Shown: piece after piece, positions 1 through 10,300 of the stretch
How positions within the stretch are numbered: position 1 is the first letter of the stretch
How the letters are laid out: every line of letters begins with the position of its first letter
From: Epithemia pelagica
Lineage: Eukaryota > Protista > Bacillariophyta
Assembly: GCA_946965045.2 (NCBI GenBank)
Contig: OX337233.1
Span: forward strand, 2,480,001 to 2,544,000
Length of the DNA stretch: 64,000 nucleotides
Direction: 5' to 3'
The notes under the pieces: model-generated
Seen by the model: the letters and a program-made list of their open reading frames with translations, nothing else
What the model was told of the DNA's origin: nothing
Databases searched by the model: none
Made by a program: the position numbers and the translations under genes

Positions 1-299
1 CATAAAGAGCTCGCTTCATGATCAATGTCGAATGTCGATGCTTTTGACACCGCGTGAGATTTTTGTGACGAGACAAGAGTCGTGTGAAAGGATTCCAAAT
101 TTGAATCGTGGTCACGGTCACAGGAAGATGCTAACCGCCAACTGTCACTTGCACGCCGGCATTTCCACCAGCACGAGGAACTACATTGGTGAAAAGGACA
201 GACAAAAAGTGAAATTTTCTGTCTGTGTCCACTTGGGAACCTATGAAGCTGGCACAGACAAAAAACAGCTAAGCAGAGGACACTGATACCGAGGGTTAA
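1..299. mobile_element. Probable right terminus of a TTAA-targeting (piggyBac-like) element extending off the window
   Basis: Ends ...GATACCGAGGG|TTAA (TTAA 296-299), the canonical piggyBac right-end pattern. Subterminal ACAGACAAAAA copies (~199 and ~254) and an inverted TCTGTCTGTGTCC. The other end is not in the window. Confidence 0.35.
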
Positions 300-344
300 A
301 ACCGGAAATCAAAAATTGAACATGGAAATTAACGCCATTCGTAA

Positions 345-397
345 TCGAGTAGTAAATACACTACTCCGGTAAAGTCGAGTAGTAAATACACTACTCC
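345..397. repeat. Left subterminal 23-bp direct repeat, each copy a hairpin (GAGTAGT-AAATAC-ACTACTC)
   Basis: TCGAGTAGTAAATACACTACTCC at 345-367 and 375-397. The same GAGTAGTAAA motif occurs at the right end. Confidence 0.85.
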
Positions 398-1482
398 CAT
401 ATCTTCCTCTCTTTGTATGATACTCATTATTGACGTCATATCATTTTGAACCCTTTATTCTTGTAGATTTTGCCATTTGGAACATTTTGATATATGATAT
501 TGTACACCGATTCCTTCGTTATCGCTCTCGTCGTCTCGTTTGAAAGTTCAACGATTGTCCTCATTTTTGTTGTCTGACTCCAAAGGTCCATGTTTGATTG
601 CTGATTTCTTTCTCCCGAAGTACAATCTAGTGCCAACCTTCTCCATTCTGCTTCGTAACATTACAACGAACTGAAATACAAAAGGCCATGTCGTCAGCTC
701 CTTCCGATTCCATTGAAGATACGCAAACGTCCACAAGCGCCTATTCGCAACCATTGCTTGACTCATCAACCCAAGACAACGAATCAAGCCAAGTGTCATC
801 AGTGCCTGCTCCAGTCCCTACCTAGTAGAGATTCATCAATACACGCTCTAGAAGAGCCACAATTGATTACCAACTGATACCAAGGTTCTCCACGGGTCAG
901 AGAACAAAGGAAACCCAAGGGTTCTATCGTAGGGATAGTCAGGACACTGAAGACGTGATGATATGGTAATGTTAATGATTGTGAGCTTTAGGACTACGGT
1001 GTGTGTGTGGGTGTGCAGGTCTGGTCAGGGTGCATGACTGATATATTCATGGCGCTGACAGGACTGGTATGGTTGGAGTAGACATGGATATTGTGTATTG
1101 GAAGTATATGCACTTGTATATCATATACCAATGCCAACAGCTCTTGCTTTGTCATGATATAGGTAGTTTCCTTGGCGCGTTGCTGTTTGCATTCTTTGAT
1201 TTGTGGGAATAGAGATATGGTCTCGCGTGATCGTGATTCGTGCTTCGGTTACTTAGGCCATTGGGCTAAGTCGTGGAGGTGCGTAGTCGGATGTTGATTG
1301 CGCGCGCTTGAGAATAATGGGCGCGCACGTGTTGGGCCATAATTAATATCCGATCGGTCGCTCATAACGCGTGCATTGCGAGCATGCCTTGGCCGAAATT
1401 AAAAGGTCTGCGAGCATGCCGTCATTCTTTTCTCACTTTTACGAAAATGTCATCGGATGCCATAAAATACTAGCATCAGTCG

Positions 1483-3935
1483 ATGAGTTGTAGATTCCAC
1501 CACAACCTAGTTGTTGGTGAGAATTCTGCCACTACCCAACGTTCACGACAACCACCACGACTCCGTTTCTCATATGCAAAGCGAAAGCTGTACGCACCGC
1601 ATACATTTTGGCTTGATCCAACGTACACCGACAGGTTTCAGCAGTCGTTCCCTTCTCGCGACATGAGAACTCCGTTGGTTCTCGAAGGGCAGATTATCGC
1701 TTGTCCCACAACCAAAAATGGCCATATGTACGTGGTTTCATGGGACCAGCGTAATTTCCCCACGCTAAATCCTCAATGGGTGCGCCGCCAGTTCACTTCG
1801 TCGCCTTATATCAAGGAGAAGCTCCAGCAATTTATTGTGGACTTCGACGAAGCAACACTTGCACGGAAAAATGAATCTCAGAGGAATAACGCAACCGCAC
1901 ATCCAGCGACAGTGACAAAGACAGCCACTGCACCTCAACAAGGAAGATAACCACAAGTCCCTCTATAAAGGACCTGATGGACTTCGACCTGGGGTCTCTG
2001 ATAACTTTTCAAATCCTTGGGAATGTTTTCAGTTTGTGGGTGGTCTATCCAGTTCAACGATTGCAAGAATGGCAACGGCCACCAATATGTATTTTGACCA
2101 AAAGATAAAACCAAATCTTTTTTCACGCCGTGGATACTACCATTCCCAACGATGGGAAAATGTCACAATAGAGGAAATGACAAGGTTCCTCGGAATAATT
2201 CTCATGATGTCTCTGCGGCCCGTCGACGGAGGAGGGTATGCCGCACATTTTCAGACATCAAACCGGGTGTACAATGTTGGTGCTGGCCATCCGTTGGTAG
2301 AAATAAAAAACAGCACTGGTTGGGCTTCTCAATACATGAAGCTGGCCAGATTTCGTCAAATAAGGGGCGCCTTCCATTTGGAGGAAGAGTCTAGCAGACG
2401 TGGTGGCGACAAGTGCCACCAGCTACGGAAGTTCATCACATCAATGAACGCGGCGTCGCGAAGAAGCTTCTATGTGCCGTAAGACTTGGCATTTGATGAG
2501 GGTGGGATTGGTTGTCGGTCTAGGTATTGTCCGGTTCGACAATACAATAAAGACAAACCACAGAAGTTCAGAGTGGATTTCTTTATCCTCTCGTCTTCTT
2601 CAACCTACGCAATCCTACACCTCGACGTATATCAAGGGGCCAACGCCACTAATTCTTATATACACCAACAAGCATTGAATCTCCCAACTACAATGAAAGC
2701 GGTAGTCAATGCATGCTACCAGCTTGAGATGCATAAGCTGACGGACGGGTATCGGCATATCTCTAAATAACCGGTACTGTTCTCCGAAGCTCGCTGTGAT
2801 TCTCCGTGACTGACTGAGAATCTTTTCCACTGGTACATGCCGTACCAATAGAGTCGGTTGGGACAAGAACAAGTTGAATCTAAAGAAAGGATCGGACAAT
2901 CGGGGTGCAGTACTTTTGTACCACGATGCTGTAAACGGTCTAGTGTTTGGTCAATGGGTGGATTCAAAAACAGTCAACTTTGTGTCTTCGTTTGAAGACT
3001 CTGGAAGCGGCACTGTATTACGTCAAGTAGGAAGTGAGAAACGTGAACTTACTTGTCCCGTACCCTTGATCCGGTACCAAAATAACATGGGTGGAGTAGA
3101 CAATGGCGACTAAATGCGGTTCCAGTTTGGTGGGTTTGCCAACGTCACCCATTTCAAGAAATGGTATAAAAAAGCAGGCTTGGCGATTCTCGATTGTATG
3201 CTATTGAACAGTTATATAGCATGGAATTTGTCTGCTGGTGACCGGCTGAGGTCACGACGGAGAAAGCTTTCTCGCTACGGGTTCTACACCATCGTCGCCC
3301 AGATGATGTGTAGTTATAGAACCCCCCAAGAAGTGGATCCATTGGCGCGCCGAACAACCAACACCGAACGTCCTGCTCCTTGTGCACATGATCATTATCC
3401 AGTTGCAATCGAGGACAAGAAGCAAGTGGCCTGTGCAGTATGTCTTTTGGAGTATCGGTGGAAAAAAGACACCATGAAAATGGCTGGGATCTACAAAAAT
3501 GTCGGAAGATGCGCCAAGTGTGGGATTTGTGCACACCTTGTTGGTTGTCAGAGTCGAGCCGGTGAAGGGTGGAAGATCCATTCTCTACCTCAATTCAAGA
3601 CTATGACATGCTTTGAGATCGTTCACTGCAGTGAAGGCCAAGAAATCTTTGTAGCTGCGGAAGAGGGAGCCAGGTACACATACACGGTACGAAAAAACCA
3701 CGAGACTGTTGCCAAACTACGAGAGGACCATGGTCTGCAACCAAGTCATAGTCGGAAAAGGTCAGCTGTTGAGTTCCGTATGCAACGACGACAAATAAGA
3801 CAACGTGCAGACGAAGTAGGAGATGATGCAGACGAAGTAGGAGACGATGATAATGCAGACAAGATGGAAGATGTTGTCGAGGACAACAGCAACTCAGAGA
3901 ACAACTCAGATGTGGAAGACACAGAAGAAGTCTAG
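1483..3935 (+). pseudogene. piggyBac (DDE_Tnp_1_7-type) transposase pseudogene with C-terminal Cys-rich domain
   Basis: Motifs DLAFDEGG, YNKDKPQKFRVDFF, (D)NRYCSP, GGVDNGD and KKWYKK...LLNSYIAWN, plus C-terminal CAHDH..CAVC..CAKC..CAH..C. Broken by stops at 2480, 2811 and 3111 and frameshifts near 1910-1950 and 2765. Confidence 0.92.
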
Positions 3936-4004
3936 CGCAAGATATGGAAGAAAAGAGTATCTTTGCATATAATACTAAATAGTGAATGAATCTGTTTATC
4001 ATAA

Positions 4005-4681
4005 CTACTCCAAAGTGTCGTCAGAGTTCTGGATAAATCCTACGTATGGTTCGTTGTTGTCTTCATTGGGAAAGTTCTGACGGATGAATTCGACCAAACA
4101 AGCAGGGAGTTCAACTCTATTTCCACGGCCAAGAGTACCATGAAGTTTGTTAGACAGGCGGCGATAAAGCTTGTACCGGATCGTACGGTTGGGCTCTCCT
4201 TGCGCCTTCAAGTGAGTAGCAATCTCGTGGAGGTAGGGGAGATGCTGAAAGATCTCACAGGGGTTCATCTGACAGGTGCCACAAACATTCTCCCAGTAGT
4301 AGCCTTCAGTCGTAGACTGCGGTGAGTTCTGGTTTAACTCGAATAGAATGCGTTCAATACTCTCTACGCAAGCATATTTGATAGGCATGTATCGCGTCTC
4401 TGTACACTCCGTAGTTTCGTGGATAACTTCTCCATCCTCGCCAGTAACCATTACTTTTGACTTCTGTAACGTAAATGGAACGAACATTCCACTACGGGTC
4501 GGATCGTCGTCGTTGGGGAGAGTAGCATTGGCGATCTCAATGGACTCGACGAGATCTGTAAAGCAAAAGAAAAATGAGGTGAGGTGTAGGGAGACAAAAG
4601 CAAACGAAACAATGAATTGATCTTGCGTCAAGACAGAATCTCACCTTCCAAGGGGTTACTTTCACTCATGTTGATGTTCAT
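4005..4681 (-). CDS. Accessory protein inside the piggyBac, KolX / P2X7 C-terminal ballast-like; join(4681..4645,4555..4005), 195 aa
   Basis: GT-AG intron 4644-4556 (GTGAGA...pyrimidine tract TACAG) joins MNINMSESNPLE to DLVES in frame. C-terminus CGTCQMNPC...NRTIRYKLYRR..HGTLGRGNRVELPACLVEFIRQNFP..YVGF. TATAAA at 4692-4687. Confidence 0.75.
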
Positions 4682-4843
4682 ATACCTTTATATTGTAAAA
4701 TAGAAACAAAGACAATGCATTGGTACCTTGCAATGAATGGGCCGACCTCTATCGTGATGATTGCAACGCAGATGATAGTGCGACCGACCGAAACCGGACC
4801 GTTTTCAAACCCTGTTAAGGCCGGAGCATTAAATTCGAGCATT

Positions 4844-4878
4844 TTTACTACTCCGATAATATTTATCCGAGTAGTAAA
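4844..4878. repeat. Right subterminal 16-bp imperfect palindrome containing GAGTAGTAAA
   Basis: TTTACTACTCCGATAA-TAT-TTATCCGAGTAGTAAA, one mismatch between arms. Confidence 0.85.
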
Positions 4879-5777
4879 TGCAATGCTCCAAATCCCTTAA
4901 AACGTGTTCCTTACGAATGGCGTTAAGAAGACCTCTTGAAACTGTTCAATACAGTACACTACTGACCACATTGAAGGCGGAAATCCGCAAGTAAAAGAAT
5001 CTACCTAAGTAGGTAGGTAGAAAAAGTGGTTTGTGGTGGCCTCATATGCGGCAAAGCCAATCTCATATTGAATATTGAATATGAAAGTTTTGGGTTCATA
5101 TTGATCAAAACCTTCATATGAAGGGTTTAAGGATTAAGGAGAGTGGGGTAGCGTGGTAAAGGTTTGCAGAATTTTTCAAGTGCCGAGAGATTAATTCCAG
5201 GGTATTGAAGTCACAAAAATTCATAATAACTTTGACTTTAAACTTGAAGTCGTCTTTTCCGCCCCCCTTTGACTTGATTTTCTCTCGAAAGTCATTTACC
5301 CAGGTACTTGTTCCTCACTTATCCAAGACATCGACTCCTCCTCGTCCTCACACATACACTCACTTAATAACACTATGATTAAAATACTTGACCAACTCTG
5401 GGGGGGGTAACGGCCCCCCCACCCATATCCTCGAGCGGGATCCGGAATCGCTCCGCAGTCGCATATCTCCAGAATATGTGATACTGCGTTTGCTGTGGGC
5501 GAGTGTGCCTCCGAGCAGAGAGCCCATCTCCTTGTACTCACAAAGTGAGCCCACATCCTCGAAATATCTTCGCAGAGATGCAGATGTCAGCTGCCATGGG
5601 TTGCCATACCCAAGCATCCAACATTGGAGAGAAACTCCCTGGCTCCAAAGACAGGCCAGCTGACGCGCAACAAGCGACCTAGACTGAACCACCGTAGTGA
5701 GTAATCCAGTCGAGTCTTCTTCCCGTTTGGTCGTTCTCTTATCCATTGTCTCATTCATCTCATCCATCCTTCTCTTG

Positions 5778-7325
5778 TTACAACGACTCCGAAAACTTGA
5801 CTAAGGCCTCGACCGAGGCCTTTGCATCGGAGTACCTCTCAACCATCGTCATCGAGGGCAACACACCTCGCCCCCTCAAATGCTTTTTCCAGCGGTTGTT
5901 CATCTCGATGACATCTCTAGGGATCGCACGGTTCTGAGCCTCTGTAGTGGCACCACGTCTCAACGATCGACGCACACTATAAACCTCCTCGATCTTTGTT
6001 GACTCAACAATCAACTGGGGAAATCGGTGCTGGACTCTTTTCCACAAGGCGTGAAACAACACATCCAGATCACCCACGGACGCTCGCTTGATTTGTCCTT
6101 TCTTCTTGACAATCCGAAACATTGGTCCTGTTGTAATCTTGGCCTCATGCAAGCAACGAATGGCACGTTCCAACCAGAGCCGAACTTCCACTCCCGAGCC
6201 TGTTTTATCGGCCAGTGGATGAATGTAAATTCTAAACGTTCCGTTCGTTTGTTTAAAACGACCAGCCAGCGCCAAAGGTACGTGCGGCTTTCGCTGATAA
6301 TTCAAACCTTCTTCCCAGTATTTCCTCATTAAGCCGACATCAATTTGTGAAATTTCTTCACCTCTCAGTGCCGCCGTGAAGCCCACCACTACCAGTGCCC
6401 CCGTCAATGCCACTTCCTGTTTCCGCAGACCCTGAACTCCACTTTGCCATTCTTCTTCCAGAATTTGGAGACCCGCTAACACTTCCTCCACAGTAACGGC
6501 TTGGTCTGGCATCCAAACATCGCCCATTCGGCGATGACAACCTGCCATAAATCGACGGAACCAATACGAGTTCGTCGAGCTCGCGCTGAAAAATAGTCCT
6601 CCTCTGTCTCCATGAGCCACTGTGGATAATCCACTTCCTCCAGGAAGGGTATGACAAAAGTTGGACACAACTGACCGAATCTTCCGGGCTGTTTCAAACT
6701 GAATCCTTTTTGAATTCTTTCCTTCTCGGAGAGTCTTCATCAAAAGCAAGCAAGCAACATTCAAACCCTGTGAATCCCCTATTGGCACTGGACCTCGATT
6801 CGGCAGTGGATGTGACAATCCAACTGAGTCTGCAATATCCAACAAACCCCGCATCTCTCTCCAATTTTTATCTACCGTTGTTCTCTCTCGAGACCAAAAG
6901 GCATCCAAGTTCGCGCGTCGAATACACAACATCAACAGTCGGTCCTGTTCGCGGTCACTTGGGTATCGTCCATTCATGTTGTAAAAGGAACACTCATCAC
7001 ACTGAAACGGACACATGAGATCGTCACCGACCCGTGCCTCTTGAAATCTCTTTTCATCATCCTCTATTTCCCCATGAAGCTCCGCATCCAACAATGCATC
7101 ATCCAAATCGCCTGCCTCAAAGACTGGAAAGCGATCATGATCCAATTTGCAGTAACACGCCGCATGCCAGATTCCCTGACATACTTTACTCGTGCCCCGT
7201 GAAGCTCCATAATTTGCGCAGCAAATCCCTGACAGGGCCTGTACCGGATGCCCACATTTCTGACAGTTCCCCGTCCACTGAGTCCAATAAGCATTTTGCT
7301 CTTTTGACCTGCCACGGACTTCTGG
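5778..7325 (-). CDS. Tyrosine recombinase (YR) of the DIRS element; frame open from 7325, first ATG at 7016
   Basis: Catalytic signature ALRGEEI (R), RFKQ (K), RSLRRGATT (xxR), NNRW (W), MVERY (Y). N-terminal CPFQCDEC, and upstream in-frame CQKC..CCANYG..CQGIWHAACYC. Confidence 0.9.
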   Translation of the reverse strand, partial: PEVRGRSKEQNAYWTQWTGNCQKCGHPVQALSGICCANYGASRGTSKVCQGIWHAACYCKLDHDRFPVFEAGDLDDALLDAELHGEIEDDEKRFQEARVGDDLMCPFQCDECSFYNMNGRYPSDREQDRLLMLCIRRANLDAFWSRERTTVDKNWREMRGLLDIADSVGLSHPLPNRGPVPIGDSQGLNVACLLLMKTLREGKNSKRIQFETARKIRSVVSNFCHTLPGGSGLSTVAHGDRGGLFFSASSTNSYWFRRFMAGCHRRMGDVWMPDQAVTVEEVLAGLQILEEEWQSGVQGLRKQEVALTGALVVVGFTAALRGEEISQIDVGLMRKYWEEGLNYQRKPHVPLALAGRFKQTNGTFRIYIHPLADKTGSGVEVRLWLERAIRCLHEAKITTGPMFRIVKKKGQIKRASVGDLDVLFHALWKRVQHRFPQLIVESTKIEEVYSVRRSLRRGATTEAQNRAIPRDVIEMNNRWKKHLRGRGVLPSMTMVERYSDAKASVEALVKFSESL

Positions 7326-10300
7326 TTAAAAAAGGACAGAGAAAAGCAACAATCAACGGTTCATGTTGAGACTTGTTCCACAATACACTCCCTACTGGTA
7401 TGGAAAACACAAAATCCGCAACCTTGCCCACTTTTTTCGCCAACGATTTGACATCAACGCTGGACAAACAAAAATATGCGCAGTGTGTGTTTGTATGTGG
7501 CGGGCTTCGCAGAGTTGATCGACTGCGACATCAGCAATGGCCGGGGGTGGAACCCAGACAAAATTTCCCTGTTCGAAAGCTTCGTCGAACCAGTCTCTTG
7601 CCTCCAACGTCTTCCAACCTGCAACATTGTGAGCACACGACATCAACCAATCAACCACGCCCTCTTGTCTTTGGACCACTGTCTTGTTCAGGGGGACATA
7701 CAGAAGCATATCACTCCCCGCCATCACACTCGTCATCAAGTCGCCCCTTGACAAGCCATCCGTCCCTTGTGCTATCATCCTAGTACCTGCAACCCAGACA
7801 ACCCGCAAGAATATGCTTCCTCGCATCTCCAAACGTTTGGTACGCAATGCCAGCTCATATAACAATGGCGATGTGGACGTCCCGCGAAAGAAGGCCGACT
7901 CTGCTGTCGAGTTGTCGGTAAACATAAAAACTTCCGTCCCGAAGGGTATCGTCCCATTCTCCACAAGAGCTTCCAGGCGCAAGACCAAGTTATACAATTC
8001 GCGGAAATTCGATGAGCGGGAACCATAATCCCTGGTCCACAGACCGTGCTCTGTTTCAACTTTATGGGATCCATAGATCCATAACGATGAACCAAAACCC
8101 TCTCCTGAGGCATCCCCAAAAACGATCGCCACCTTCGATCCTTTCCTGGGTCTCGCCAGAATTTTAGGCGGAACCGGATCCTGGGCGAGTGTCGCTAACG
8201 CTTCCACATCGCTGTCAAACCGTGGCACCTTCTTCACCTTAGCTGGAGGGGTTGAATCTCGCAAAGTCAATTCGCTGATTCTCTTCCGTCGATCTTTTTC
8301 GGGCAGTCGCCAGCCTTCATCATCTCGATCCGATCGCCAAGATTCCAATGTCAAGTGGATTCCTTTTAAGTACGGGACCATGATGTCGTATGTTAAGGAA
8401 ACATACACCAAAAATCCCCTAATTCGCTCAAGTTCCTTGCGATCGATCGATTCCTCTGACCTCGCCCATTCCACCAATCTATCAATATGCCCACGCGTCT
8501 TGTTCCACCGCTCTTGTGCCACAGTCTTAAACACCTGCCCATCCGCAGTAGTTTCTACGATCGCTCCAGCCCAAGCACCCGGTGTTTTACTTGGATCTCG
8601 ACGTTTCCTTGCTGCATCCTGCAGCCCAAAGTACGATGCGCCCTTTGCCATTTTGCTAGCGGCCTTCCACGCTTCATCTTCCGAAGGAGCTGTTTCCCTC
8701 AAGTCGTCCACATATGGATGCACATCTGCTGCAATATCCCCGTTGGCCCGAATCTTACTAATCCAGGGCAAAGACGGATCGTATTCGGCGTCTCCAGGTA
8801 AGTTTAAGCGCACATCCACCCATCCAAATATGTTGTCAGGATCGCTCTTATCTCCGAATATAATTCTCTTAACTCTTTGAGCGCATTGGGTGGTCTGATA
8901 CGGGGACGTCGTTAAGCCCATCGCACACCGCGTCCAAGCCTCCCACAAACGAGTCTTCCCGAACTTGTCTTGGAGCTCCTCCGGAAACAAGTCCGTGATA
9001 TCGATTCCCGTGTAACACCTAAGATCGGGATGCACCCAAAAATTCAAGAACATTTCCCCGAAGTCGTTGTCCGCCGACCAAGTCTTTCCCTCCATCGAGC
9101 AAAGCATGGCGTTCACGTTACCGAGACCGAACCAAGGAGCAAACAACGAAGCATTCAAGCCACTCTTGGTCCCATCATAGACCATTCGTATATCGTCTTC
9201 CCCTTTCGGGACCGAAAAGAAACTGGTCAACGACTTAATTCCATTGGTCGGAGCGATGTAAGCTTGTTGTCTCACTTTCGACAACTTCTTCTTTTCCTTT
9301 GCTCTGCTTTTTACATCAGGATTTGCCCTTTGTCTGCGCCGATACGCCGGTCGAGGACCTATCCACATTGGAGCCACTCCATCGCGCATTTCGGCTTGCC
9401 ATTCGAGGACGGGCATTCTCCAAAAGAAAGGAGATGACCCGCCATCCCAGTCCCACCAAGATGCCATGGACGCATGTGTCATTGCACTAAGCCCGGCCTG
9501 GATGGTTCTTTCTCGTAAGTCCTCCTCATCGTCCGCAAAACTCTGAGAGCTCCACCAACTCCAGAAATCCACACTCACTGATCTTTTCCAGTATCGCAAC
9601 GCGCCCTTTCTGATGGAATTCAAAGCGCTAACGATCCGATCCCGATCGTCATTTCTTCCAACACTCAAAAGCCGACAGATACGATCGTCCCAAAGGTAAG
9701 TCGGGATCTTCGCGTCGTCGGATTTCGTTGCCTTTAAGTTCCTGTCCTCACGCCGTTCTTCCGTGTTCAACGAGCCACCGCCCTCTTCACTGTCAGGAAT
9801 TGCATACAAAGGAGTATCCTCTTCCGTCATTCGTGCGTCCTGGGCGGACGTCTCATGCACCTCTCGTTCGACGTGAGTTCCCACATCCGTCTCCACCTCT
9901 TGCTTCCTTCCTCTCGACCCTTCTAACTCTTGATCTTCCTTCCATTCCCGCAACGATCTCGCCACCTGAACCCTGCTTTTAAAAGGAACCACGATGTTAT
10001 CCAACCACTCCTCCAATTCACCCTCTGCTCCTTTCTTATGCATCATGGCTGGAAAATCCATAGTCACAGCCAATTCACGCGCCGTCAACCGTCTCTTGAC
10101 CACTCCGGACGAGGCAAACACACTTGGAAGGTTGTGCTCTGCATAACGATCTCGTTTCCAGCACAATTTGCGATTCAGCACAGAGGCTGGATCCCTGGCT
10201 CCCTTCCTCCGTGTCTTGTCCAACTGTGACAGTTTAATCTCACGTCCATGCACTGTGGGATCCACTACTCCTCGCACGGTTGTTTTGCTCAGGCCCCCGT

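Larger units (their letters stand above)
329..4926 (+). mobile_element. piggyBac-superfamily DNA transposon (element 333-4922, TTAA TSDs 329-332 and 4923-4926)
   Basis: TTAA-CGCCATTCGTAA (329-344) is the exact reverse complement of TTACGAATGGCG-TTAA (4911-4926). It encloses a piggyBac-type transposase. Confidence 0.92.

Noticed and set aside
345-397. Direct repeats with internal palindromes suggestive of a CRISPR array
   Set aside because: Only two copies with a 7-nt spacer, in a eukaryotic context, explained as transposon subterminal repeats.
333-4922. Classifying the element as Kolobok because of the TTAA TSD and KolX-like gene
   Set aside because: Transposase motifs (DE, KP.K, DNRY, GGVD..D, KKW.K, CRD) are piggyBac-type, and the termini are not Kolobok RR...YY.
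4995-5125. CTACCTA/TAGGTAG and CCTTCATATGAAGG palindromes (a similar TTAGGTAGCTACCTAA at 61759-61774)
   Set aside because: Could be a remnant TE end, but no partner terminus or TSD was found; too short to support a call.
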